A program made the position numbers and the translations under genes. The notes below the pieces were generated by a model. That model saw only the letters and a list, made by a program, of their open reading frames with translations. It searched no databases and was not told where the DNA came from. A DNA stretch of 64,000 bases, taken from NCBI GenBank assembly GCA_051362555.1, contig CM120649.1, positions 3,596,001 to 3,660,000 on the forward strand. The letters are read 5' to 3'. Below are positions 25,321 through 37,261 of the stretch, one piece after another. Every line of letters starts with the position of its first letter. Positions within the stretch are counted from its first letter, which is position 1. The DNA is from Lingula anatina. Taxonomy: Eukaryota; Animalia; Brachiopoda.

Positions 25321-27001
25321 AATGTGATTGTAATCATTTGTCTTGATTTTGAAAAGCTCCTGTAAACGCAAACTCATGACATATAAAATAATTCTTAAAA
25401 CTGACGGAATTCTTATGAGATATTTTATGAAGTCTTATGAAATCTTAGAACTGAAGGAAGTCTTATGAGCAGTTATCTGAAAACTGTAGAGTATGAGTAG
25501 CAAACATTTGGCGTCTGAATTTCTCATTGTATCCCATTCTGATATTATTGTATAGAAATGCTTTATTTAAACCTAAAATGATTTTTAATCTGTCCAATCT
25601 TCATAGAGCCCAAGGAGGTGGATTCTGGGACAAGGGTCAACATGGGGCAGTCACAACCTACGACAAAATAGTCCTTAAAAGAACTCCTGAGAAACCCAAA
25701 GAGGACAAGGCTAAAGACAGGGTATTGGTTTATGACTAAGACAATTCCTTCTATAAAAGTTAGCTTAGTCTTGGGATGCTCAAAATTAAGTTAGATTATG
25801 GTGCTGTCAAAACTGAAAAATGTTAAAGGAATTGCTGGGGGGGATGCTCTAGAATCTATTGCCAGTTTTAAGCCCCAAATGTTTCACAAATTTGCCTTCT
25901 CAATTTAAAATATTTGAAAATTATTTTAAAATGTTATATATAAATACTATTTTCTCTCATTAAGAATGCAAAGTATAAGTGCTAATTAATCATTGGTTCA
26001 TTATGTGCTAAATTTATTAGTGAAGATCCACATTTGACTAATTTTCTAAAACACAGCCTGTAATAGATAATGTAAAATATTGACTGTTTTTATTGCTCAT
26101 GTTTTTTGCAAACATATTTCAGAAAACGAGGAAAGTAAAGGTTTTAAAAGATGATGCTCTAGGTAAGCACTGGTAGCAGAAAAATCAAACTTCAGGCTAT
26201 AATGTAAGATTTCCCATTTCATTGAAGAAAAGACAGAGAAAAAGAAAACAAACAAAAAAGAATCACTCTTGTTTCAACTTAAAAGAAATATTAAGAACTC
26301 AAGTTATTTTGTTATTATTTTTCTAATATGTATTTTTCTCTCTACCCCATTTTGTTACAGCTGACACAATTAAAGGGATAATAACACTTCGTTTCAGCTA
26401 AAAAATGAATTTTCCTGGAGTAAACAACAATTTTCCCATACTTACCAATGGATAATGAATCCATTTTTACATTCAAAGTTAGTCCCTGGTTTTTTTCTAA
26501 AATGTTTGGTTTTTTGTTAAAATCTCTTAAGAGATTTTAACAGAGCATAGCCATCAATGGAGGTCACGTGGTCTAAAGACAAGCTCAGATATCAGAATAA
26601 TAGCTGTAACTGCCGTTTTTGTGGTAAAACAGAATATATTATATTTCTCTGAGTTATTCACAATGTTTTTATTGTGAAATATAGATCTCATATGAAGAGT
26701 TATTATCCCTTTAACAGTAGTTTCATTAAAGTTGCCTTTGAAAATTGATATATTCAAATCATTGCCAAGCCTGGCATATTTAGATAAAACAAAACAACAC
26801 ACCCCAGTTTAGTTTAAGGGCTGTTTTTTCAGTCATAAACAACTGTACATGTCTCCATTTCAGAGTTACCAAAAAGAAGCAAACAGCCTGGGACAATGGC
26901 TTATATTGCACAGAGAGATACAGCGCCACCTAGGAATATGGTGAAGGGGACGAAGTGTGGGCAGTGTGAGCAGAAGGCTGCAAATGTGGTTTGTAGCTTG
27001 G

Positions 27002-27036
<35 letters not shown>

Positions 27037-27418
27037 AAAATAAAACCTTTCACAAAATTATAAGAATAAAAAATATACTAAATTAGATGTAATAATCTCA
27101 TAAAACTTCTTGCTTATTTGAAAATTTCAAGTAAAAACCACAACTTCAAAGTTGTGCTTTCTAAGCGTACAAAACACATTTCATCGTAGAAATGTGATGT
27201 TTCAATCCTTGATTAAAGGGTCTGGATCAAACTATCATCTTCTTGATGTTAGCTCTGCACTTTTTTATTATCTCTTATGCAAGAAACAAAACTATTTTTT
27301 GGAATATTTTTTTTTCCCCCAGTCTTGCCTGGAGTGTGGTGAAGACTACTGCGCAGCCTGTTTTGCCTCATTCCACATCAAAGGAGCTTTGAGAAAACAC
27401 AGATCTATGCCAGTACAG
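21438..27418 (+). CDS. ZBBX: Zinc finger B-box domain-containing protein 1, N-terminal 183 codons (gene incomplete in window)
   Basis: Exons 21438-21496, 24957-25070, 25607-25721, 26123-26162, 26864-26988, 27323-27418, GT-AG and phase-consistent. Coiled coil [28 protein letters not shown] and B-box [38 protein letters not shown] closely match the ZBBX N-terminus. Probable UTR exons ending 18620 and 21297-21378. Confidence 0.9.
21555..23406. mobile_element. 1.85-kb non-autonomous DNA transposon in a ZBBX intron
   Basis: Perfect 13-bp TIR CAGTGTATGAAAT / ATTTCATACACTG; TAAGAAA duplicated on both flanks; GC-rich subterminal repeats (TTACCAGCCCGGC); no long ORF. Confidence 0.9.
22261..22419. mobile_element. 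Nested palindromic MITE with 6-bp TSD
   Basis: Repeated (A/T)GTCCGAAGGTTCA units mirrored by TGAACCTTCGGAC; ends GGGGTG / CGCCCC; CCTGCA on both flanks. Confidence 0.8.
23792..23866. repeat. Compound (GT)n(GA)n microsatellite
   Basis: Direct reading. Confidence 0.95.
24385..24590. repeat. Degenerate ATTGGTAYC/ATT low-complexity repeat
   Basis: About ten TGGTA-centred units. Confidence 0.55.
25185..25318. repeat. (CT)n polypyrimidine microsatellite
   Basis: Direct reading; other (CT)/(GA) tracts at 27005-27032, 27624-27673, 63232-63282. Confidence 0.95.
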
Positions 27419-27617
27419 GTAGGATTATTCATTCACTCATTTATTTGTTTGCTTTTTGTTTGTTGAAGGCCACCATTATGGTAAAATTATTGGTGATATA
27501 TTTTTATGTGTTTGAATGACTCAGGGATGTTATGTGGACCAACATGATTTTTATTCCAAACAATAAACAGTTACTTTCTTGTCTTGAAAGAGATCTGATG
27601 TTTGTGCTGCAAATGTT

Positions 27618-27676
<59 letters not shown>

Positions 27677-29879
27677 GCAAGGGAAAAGTAATGATATATA
27701 CATTTTGGATGTTGACTTTAGATGTAGGGAGTACACACAGGTATGCATGATGTGAATAGGGTCGCCCGACAAGGTTATTTTCAGTTGCACCACGGATTAC
27801 ACGCGCTTGCTCCGCAAGGTGTCGCCTGTGGTGGGGGGGCGGCACAGCCCATATGGTTACTGTGGCGAAGGTGACAGGTACTTCCAAACATTTTGTCATT
27901 ACTGTCATTATTCCTCATTCTATTCACAAATTTGATATTTTCGGCAATGGAAAATGTGGCACTGGCAAAAGTGGGTCTAGGTGCATTGACAGGCCACACA
28001 GGTGTCCCAATTAACCGCCGCCAGAGAAGAGACCCCAAGTATTAAACAGCTATAGATATTGGAAAATTGGCAAAAGTTAAGTAACTGAGGCTTTATTGGA
28101 TTTGGGGAGAAATCGAGAGTAATGTCCTGTGACATGCCAAACCCCTAAGTTCAAGTCTTGGCCCTTGACACCAGTAACGCACCCCTTAGTCAAGAATCTG
28201 AACAAATCGATGTTGGGCAGGTATGCTCTATTTTCTACAGGCGTTTTGTGATTTTATCAACTTGATTGTCAAGTGCCAGACCTTTTGTTCCCAGGTCCTA
28301 GTAGCAAACTTTATCAGATAACAATCTGACACTAACCATGCTGCACTAACAGGGCTGTAAACCCAGTTATCAATGCTGCCATCTTTACCTGTATCTCTAC
28401 CGGTATTATACCAGTGGTGTGTTTGATATATTTCAGTAAGGAAATATGCTGTGATGCTTATATTTATTTGTAATACGTTAGCATCAACCTGTTAATAAAA
28501 ACTTGGAACCTTTCAATATTATTACACAATAACAGTGTAATGATGGGAGCTGTTATGATTAAATGCTTAGTTAGAAGAAAAAATAAAAACAGACTATATG
28601 AAATATAAAATGAATTGATTTTATTTGGATTATTTATTTATTTATTTTTCAAACCAATTAATTATCAAACATGAAGCTTATTTTTAGAAACATCAACAGA
28701 TGTTACTGCAATATTACCCTGCTGGTACACAGATCTAAAGTTCTAAAATGCAAATACCAAGTACCTTCACACACCACTGCTGAGATGTGAAAAATCGTAT
28801 GTATAAAGTAGTAAAAATATCACAAAATGTGTGTAAGAAAGATATTTCTACAAGTAACCTCATTGATCAGTCAGGAAACTTCATAATGCACTCAATAAAT
28901 ATAGAAATTTGAGTAAGAGAAATTCTACATACAGACATGACAGATTTACCATATATTGCCACCAACCCTAAACTGAATGGGCATAGAAAGAACAAAGTGA
29001 ATCTCCCTCCCATTAAAAATGAATAAAAAATAAAAAATAAAAAAAAAAAAATAGATACCAGTACTGTCATTCTTAATACTGAAAAACAATGGCACCTTGC
29101 AGCCTTCACTGCCTCACTATTTGCAGACATTGTTCTTGTCACTGTAACTGTGCACTTTTGAGGAGGCATAGACGCAAGGATAACTCCTTTTAAGTATATT
29201 GTGAAGGTTTCTTTTGTCATAAATCTGCCACATATAACCTGAATGTACATATTGCGATTCACACCGCAGCAGCTTATCTTAGTAAGGACTCAACCAGTTG
29301 AAAACTTGTGGCACAGCTTCAGGGACAAGATCACACCAACTACCCTTGCTGTGATGATGGATCTACATTATCTTGTCCTCCTAGTTTCTCTAATACTATT
29401 TCCCCTTGTCTTTGCTTACATCAATCTCTGCAGCTTTACCAACTGCTACACAGTTTTTGAATTTGAAAGTATACAGCAAAAATTGGAATAAAGCACCATC
29501 AATTTACTTGTTATATATTGATTTCAGGGCGAGCGAAAAAGGCAGAAACCTCATACCATAATCAAAATAATTGAAAATCAAATATGCATAATCAAATAGC
29601 TTTAATTGTACATACTAATGATGATTTAATCTTTTAAACTTCAGCATAAATTTTGACTTTCTCTTGTTAAAGCATAGCCACTTTATCAAAATGTGCTTGA
29701 ACAAATAATAATAATAATAATAATAAACAACCTGCACACATGATGGGACATGGAGGTCAATTGCCACAAAAATAAGTTGATATGTACTTGGTAGCCTGAG
29801 AAATAATATCAGGTATTAATTTAAGCAGCAATAATACCGCAGAGTTAACAACGACACAAGCATAGGGTGTTATGTAACA

Positions 29880-30366
29880 AAATTTCATGCATTACTTGCT
29901 GTGGCAGTGTCCTCCTCAACCTATCGTGCACCGCAGGTTTTGATTTTCAGTGTCATCAAAATTTTATGTTTTTGTTAGTTTGACCTATATGTATCTGCTA
30001 TTCAAATAATATCGTTTGGAAAATAACTAACTAATTTAATTATGCTTTTGCAACATGAAATTATCATTAACTTTGCCATTTCACTTGTACACAGTACCTT
30101 GCTATCAGTGCTGCTCTTTTCTCCCCAACTCGCCACTGACAGGCTAACCACATCGTTTCAAAACAACGTTGCTATGATCCTTTACTTTTGGTGTAGGCAG
30201 TTTCGCCCCGGGGACATCGTCTTCGGTTAAAAACAACGAATCGTTTTCACCCATCTTTGCATTGCTCCTGTACAAAATGTCCGCTTGACGCCCGCCCATG
30301 GGAAAAATCGTAGCACGTGGGTAGTTACGCAAGTCCTGTGACGTGTAATGCGCGCAAGGTTATTGA
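29880..30366 (-). mobile_element. 5' remnant of an ISL2EU-like DNA transposon (N-terminus of a YqaJ-nuclease-type accessory ORF)
   Basis: Minus-strand MGENDSLFLTEDDVPGAKLPTPKVKDHSNVVLKR, then WLAC after a frameshift, resembling the LxEDDIPGA...LKRWLxCRG start I recall for these proteins; CpG-rich end CAATAACCTTGCGCGCATTACACGTCAC. Confidence 0.55.
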
Positions 30367-30587
30367 GAAAGGGTGATTTTTATAGTGTTTGGATAGGGTA
30401 GGGTTGGAGGCTTTCAGTGAGGATTTGTAATTTAGCACAGCAGAGAGAATTTTCTTTTATTATTCCTGTATACTTCATTGATAGAGTTAATTGGATGAAA
30501 TTGTACTGAAAGATGAAAAAAGTGGGGACACGGCTGTTTACAACAATGTATGCATGTTTGTACATATGTATGTATGTACATAGAATG

Positions 30588-30619
<32 letters not shown>

Positions 30620-33133
30620 ATTTTGTTTAAGGAAACTGCATCTGTCCTCCTCCAACCCCACACTGCCCCCTGCCCCCCCCCCCCCTTGAGCCATTCAGTG
30701 TCACCCTAAAAAGTTAAACAAGGTAGAATGTAGATGATTACATTTAAAGAGAAGCCCTGTTATTTTCCTTTCAAAAATGCACCTCATGCACCACTGTGAG
30801 ACAGAATGTGATGTGAACTGAATTTTGAAGACAAATAAAAAAAGCTGTCTTGTTACAATTAAAGCATGATTGATATTTTATATGCATGGCTGGTCTGAAG
30901 TTCCCTGACATGAATGAGATTTTAGTGGGAGACTTGTCACGGTTCGTTGTCAAAACAATCCCTGATCTGGAAACTGATGGATTAAAGCAGTGCAGGTGGC
31001 CCGAGAGAATAAAATGGCGATGGTTAGATCCCCCTCATGGAGACAAATGAAAAATTGACTGCGATGTTAGTTGTGGCTGTATTTTTTTAAATGCCTGGTT
31101 GTGTAGTGCTGGATTTCTTTTTGTAAAGCAAAATGTTTCCCCATGCATGTTAAGATTGAGGACCGTGTGAGTTAGATATTGACATAAGAACATAACCACA
31201 TAACAATTAATATGCCAGACGGGGGAAATCGTGGTGATGATGCATTGCTTGTATTAAATAGCAAGGCCATATTTGACTTCAAGGATAGCCAAAGAAAGAT
31301 ATCAGATGCATGTTTTTAAATCATTTTCTAGGACAAAATAATGGTAAAAAAAGCATATGGTATATAGATGATGGAGCTGTTGGATTAAGTTTTTTAAAAG
31401 AGAGAGAGAGAGAAAGAGAGAAAACACACAGAGATGCATCCAGTAAGATAAGGATGAATAAAATTAAATTCGTTATTTGATAACTATGCAATTAACACTT
31501 TTTTTTCAACAGATTCAAAAAAGACAACTTTATTACACAAACAACATATTATATATGAGCTCATAGTATTTAAAAAGTAATATTTTTGACATCAAAGAAG
31601 TTGCTCATCTGGTATTAACAGCACTGCTGTTTTAATTTCTCTCTACACAACAGATATTAGTACTTATATCATGTCTCATTAGATACAAGGATACTGTAAC
31701 ATTTAAAAATAAGAATTACCCAAATATTTTATCATTATCCATTGCCCTGAATTATGAAATGAAGCATTGTAATAAACACAGTACACTTAATGATAAAATA
31801 ACGAAAATCAGATCTTATTGACTAAGAATAACATGTTTTGTTGAATAGTTCAAATATTGTGATATTGCAGGGCATGTTGTTTTTGAAAAATAATTTTCCT
31901 TTTCAATTTACGTCTTACATAGCTTGAACATTTTTACCAGCATAAAACAAATTTTAAATCAACCTTTTAACACAAAAAGATCTAATTACTGCCAGACAAA
32001 ATATGTTTCAGTTTTGTATTATTTTCCCAGTTATTGGGATAGTACAGTGAACATTTACTTTTTTTTTTTTTCAGTTAAAGCGTGGCAATTGAATGATTTT
32101 GAAGACTAAACCTAGAAAATCTCCCTAAATCTATATATTCCACCTCTTTGTGAATTAATTAATGGAAACAAACACTAAATACCAACACTGCTTATATCAG
32201 TGATTGTACCAGACTTAAAGCTTTTATTGTTAACTAACATATGACAATATTGATGAATATTATAATTTTAATATACTTAATACACTTAATACATTCACTT
32301 AAACTATTCCATTTCACTCATACTTGATAAATTAATTAACAACTACTTTTAACACATGTTGCCATGGAGATGCTTACTGGTATTCCTCATTGCTGCAGTT
32401 ATAACCTGTATGGCAAAGAAAAAATATGAAAATTTGGTCATGTCTTGTTGTACTGTTTTTTAGTATAGTGAAGTGCATTGTTCTGCCTGTGAACTTGCTT
32501 GAGCAGAATACAATCATGATAGTACATAATAATTGGTTATGAAACTTCACACATTTGAAAGATAATATAGATGTCTTAATTATGGCACGTTTATTTATAT
32601 TGCAATAGTGGCCACCATCATGTTTAAAATATATATATTTGATTTGTTTATTATACCCGCATGGAAACAACAGTTAAAGCTTTTTAAGTCAGTGTGGATA
32701 CATGATGGCCAAGAACTGTAAAGGATGATGATATTTACACAGTGTTTTGCAGGTTTCACAGCTACGTGCATTTTAGTACATTTTATATTTTAAATTACTG
32801 ATTAAATTGAAGGCCAGGGTTATTACATTCCTTGTTTACTTTCCCAGCCCTGAATGGAAAAATAAGGGTAATTCGCAGCCTGCTAAAATACTGTTCTCAA
32901 AAGGCAGAAAGAAGCCCATTAGGTAATTCTCGAGAGTTTTATCCTCAGTGGCCTTATACAGTAGGGTTAAAAGCCTGTTGAGTACCTATGTGAAAACAAG
33001 TGAACCCATTCCCCCCTGTAGTCAAGAGGGATAAATGATGGCTGAATTCTGCTTTACTGAATGCTCATGTACATTTTGTTCCTACTTTTACAGGACTGAA
33101 GTGTACATGTATCTTCAAAACAGCTGCTTCATG

Positions 33134-33330
33134 CAGGCCAGCAGTTAGGGGGTGGAGGGATGGGATGCAAAGGAGGGGGAGGGTGAACCTGCTCTTTTGG
33201 CTGGGGAGATGTCTGTTCTCACTGTAAATTAGATCTTTTTCCTATGCCATAATGACAGAAGATATACTTTTTTACAAAAAAAAAAAAAAAAAAAAAAGAT
33301 CCCATTTTAAAATGACGTGCTACAGGCTGG
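33134..33330 (+). mobile_element. Diverged MITE with 5-bp TSD, related to 15746-15912
   Basis: CAGGCC...CAGGCTGG ends, TCATG on both flanks, shared internal GTAAATTAGATCT. Confidence 0.6.
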
Positions 33331-34359
33331 TCATGCAACAATTTATGACATCGTGATGCAATTATTGCCTTGATATATTGATATTCAGGACTCAGTTCAC
33401 ATTTCCCAGAACACTGCTGTAAGTTTGCCTGTCAGGATTGTTCTAGACATATCACCTAGCAGTTTTTTCCAGGGTTTAAAACCAAAGCATGTGTTTCTGT
33501 TTTATAGTACATGTATGTACTTGTTAAGGTAAATCCCATTGGCCCCAGTTCCACAGCAGTATTTCACAACAGACTTTGTCCTTACTGTAAGTTCAATATG
33601 TTAGTCAACTTTGGCCTAAAGTAAGCCAGCTTTGTATCCAGACTCAATAAAATTGAACCTGTTTTATTAATTTGAAATTAAAGATGATCAGTGGCTACTG
33701 CATTATAGTGGACAAATACAGTTTTATCCCCAGTTGAAATGGGCCAAAAATTCATCTTTACGTTTAGCCCAACTTAAAGTCTTAAGTAGACAGGTCCCTG
33801 TAGGTCATACTGATGCCCATACTTATCAAACTAAGCAGCTTGTCTCCTGTTATCTTAGTTTTACCCAGAGGGTCTGAGATCACTAAGCACCAAAAGCTAT
33901 TATGATATATGTATTCCTCATGGAACACTTATTTTGTAATTGCACCAAGAAGTTTCAGAACTCTTTTGGGTGTCCCTGGGGGGCATGAAGATCAGACCTG
34001 TTACTTGTAGGGTTTAATAATATATCATTGACGGATACCATTTACATTACTGGTCTAGTTCCTGTAGACTCCAGTCTGCCTGAAAGTCTCAGGCTGGATT
34101 GAAGACTCTCTGTGGTGGCTAACTTACCGATACAGAGCCAGACCAAGGGGAGGCTTTGTTCTAGATAGCTCACCAGCACAAGTCTGCATCAAAATTGATA
34201 TGTTTATTTGGTACTGGACTATACACAACTAGTGGCATCAGCTGGCTCATGCAATTAAAGGCCCCAAGAAGCAAATTATCTTCCACAACAATTATTGATA
34301 TCGAATTATTTCGTTGTGCCTCACTTGGTCACAAAACTTGCTTTTTCAGTATGCAAAAG

Positions 34360-34521
34360 CAGGGGCAGATCCAGAGATATTTTCTGACATCCTTCCTAGT
34401 TAATTTTGTTGTTCCAGCCTCCATTTTTTCCAGCAGAAAAAAAATAGATTCCTGACAATGTAAACTTTAAAATTCTGACCATCTTCCGGAAGACCCAGAA
34501 GACGGCTTCCATCCACCCCTG
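34360..34521 (-). mobile_element. MITE, CAGGGGCGGAT-TIR family
   Basis: CAGGGGCAGATCC / ATCCACCCCTG ends; GGAAGACCCAGAAGAC core shared with the 37045 copy. Confidence 0.75.
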
Positions 34522-36283
34522 CAAAAAGATGTGAATCATGATGGCATCAGAGATGTGGTTCATTTTTTAAAACTTATTTGTTCAAATGAAACAATTTTGC
34601 AGTCAAAAAGTCATGATTGCATATGGCCATGTGGCCGTTTCCATGGTACCAACAAAGTAAGCCAAAATGGCTCCATGATACCAACAATAAAACCAAAAGA
34701 AGAACCATGTGTATACAATACCATACTAATTACTGCCATACCAGATGCTTGTAATATTACATGGAAAACACTGCAAGAATATTATTACATGCTCTAGGAT
34801 ATACATACTATGGCACATAAAAGTGACAGTTAGTGCAATGATTTTACTCATTTATGGCGTTTCTGATATTATGAACACATTAGTACTAAATCATTTACAG
34901 TCTCACAACAGAAATACAAATTCCATTTGTTTAGACTTTTGAACTCGTCTTAATTCAGTTTCTAATAGTGCCCCTTTGTGAACTTATTCTGTTGGCTGGT
35001 TTTCCTACATAAATATTTATGAACATTTTTCCTAGTCTGAACTGGTGCATTTATTCTTTGCATGTTGCAATTTTGAGCAGAAGCAGGATTAAGTTGTGAA
35101 AAGGATATGGCATGGCTGTGCATTAATTCTGGTTTTATAAAATAAAAAGTTAAGAGCACTCTAAGAGAAAGGGAATGAAAATGCTTTTAAAATATTAGGA
35201 GACCTAAATGCAGCAGACGGTGTAATAACATACTTGCCTCTTCAAAGTAGAGGTTTGCCCTAGAGTTTTTTCTTCACCTTTATGAATGAAACTTTGCAAT
35301 TTTGTCCACAAACCAATACTTATGAAAATGTTACCCCTTCATTGGTGGAGATAGTAATATTTGCGAAAATGTGAAAATCCTCTGCCTTAAAAAAACAATA
35401 AATGAATAAAATACGCCTTTCATTCTTTAGCCATTTGATGTTCTTTGTGAGTTTATCATATACTTCTGACAGGAGCATACTTAATATTAATACAATTCAC
35501 AAAATGTTTGAATGAGATAGGTGTCTAGACTGTATGCTACCATTTTAACATTGCAAACAGAATAGATTGTATATATACGGCATATGTCTCTCCCCAGTGG
35601 CAGTGGTTTCTACCAGATTGGAACCAGATTTGAACTGATTTTGTTCTGGATTTGTATTGGATTTGTCAAGGATTTGTTCCTGAATGCTACCAGATTTTTA
35701 TCAGATTAGTTCCAGATCTGTACCAGAGCGCATGGCTCCTCTCTTTCTGAGAGTCGGTATTTAGAAACTAATGTCAGTTTTTAGTACTTCATTCTCGCTT
35801 TCCAGGCTTCATCCACTTTGGCTTCTTCCTCCTTTTCCCATGAAAATGTTACATACAACCTTTAACTATGATTTTGATCAGTTTGTCCATTTTACAGGCC
35901 CTGGGACAGGAATTCTCCATTTTTCTAATCTGGCCATCACTTCTTGTGTTTTATTTATTCTTGCTGCCCGTCTGTGTCAAATCCATTTCATAGTTCACAT
36001 TTAATATAATATAATAGTAGTTTTCAAAATAATATATACATGACAACAGTGTATTTTATATTAGGCCGTAAAAGTACCAAGTAACCAGTTTGTGGAATAA
36101 TGAATGTGTGTGATCACCAGAATGGATATATATATGTAACAGATGTCCTCTTAATATTTAACAATAAAACGGTGAACAACCTTGAGCGATATTGTAGTGT
36201 GAAGGTAATTTTTCCTGTTGTCTGTTACCATGCCTCTCCATTTGCCTGTACTCAGTTCCTTTTTATTATTTTGGATATGTCAT

Positions 36284-36336
<53 letters not shown>

Positions 36337-37044
36337 AAATCTTTTGTGTACTGGTACATACTTTACAGTTATATCCATCTGACTGGTTCCATTAGCCTGA
36401 ACATGGCATCCTAGTCTTATTATGGATATGTTGTGGATATGATTTGTGTACTGGTACCACATTTCAACAGTAATATGACTGGTTCCATTTGCCTGAATAT
36501 GGCGTCCTAGTCTTATTATAGATATTTTCCACAGATCCATTTCACTAGAAACCTTTTTGAAATGACCTCCATGTGTCTATCGTATCTCCAGATGTTCGAT
36601 ATCTCACCCTCCAGGGGGAGACGATTTAACAACTCATACACAACCATTTTCATTCCTTTCATTTTTTCAAAGATATTCTTCGTTGAAGAAAAAGATAAAT
36701 AATGAGTGTTTCATGGGATATGTAAGTGGTTACATACAAATAATATTCATAAATATGAAGTCCATGCTTATTTGGAATCTTGACAGTTTTGTCTGAATTT
36801 CGTCAAGACTTGATCACAACTGAGGCTGTTGGCTGACGTGATTGTCAATCCCTACTTGGTACTTCTGTTGTTAATCATCTATGGCTTTATACCTAAGATT
36901 GGAATTAGTTATTCTTCAATATTTCCAAGAGGCTGATAGAGTTCCACTCTTATTCACACCCACAGATGCCCCATGTTCATTGACCACCTTAGTCTTACCT
37001 TGTGAACTCAAGGCATCTGTTAAATCAAATATAAGTACTATAAG

Positions 37045-37201
37045 CAGGAGCGGATCCAGAGATATTTTCTGACAGTCTTCCAAATTATCTTTGTTGATCC
37101 AACCTGTATCTTCCGACAAAAAAATTAGAAACCTGTCAGTATAAACTTGAAAATCTGATTGTCTTCTGGAAGACCCAGAAGACAGCCTCAATCCGCCCCT
37201 G
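37045..37201 (-). mobile_element. MITE, CAGGGGCGGAT-TIR family, ~60 bp downstream of the GPCR stop
   Basis: TIRs CAGGAGCGGAT / ATCCGCCCCTG; ATAAG duplicated on both flanks. Confidence 0.85.
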
Positions 37202-37261
37202 ATAAGGGAACGTTGAACGTCCATTCCCAGTACGTAACATTTTTTGGACAAGTATGCATTG

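Noticed and set aside
25132-25377. Poly-ER/poly-SL ORFs (also at 23640, 27532, 43914, 46527)
   Set aside because: Microsatellite and low-complexity translation artefacts
27760-27877. Phase-0 open candidate next ZBBX exon (GRPTRLFSVAPR...)
   Set aside because: Acceptor lacks a polypyrimidine tract, the peptide is not ZBBX-like, and the CpG-rich block looks like a TE end; not fully excluded
28050-29500. Possible old LINE body
   Set aside because: Composition is suggestive but I could not find a diagnostic RT or endonuclease motif
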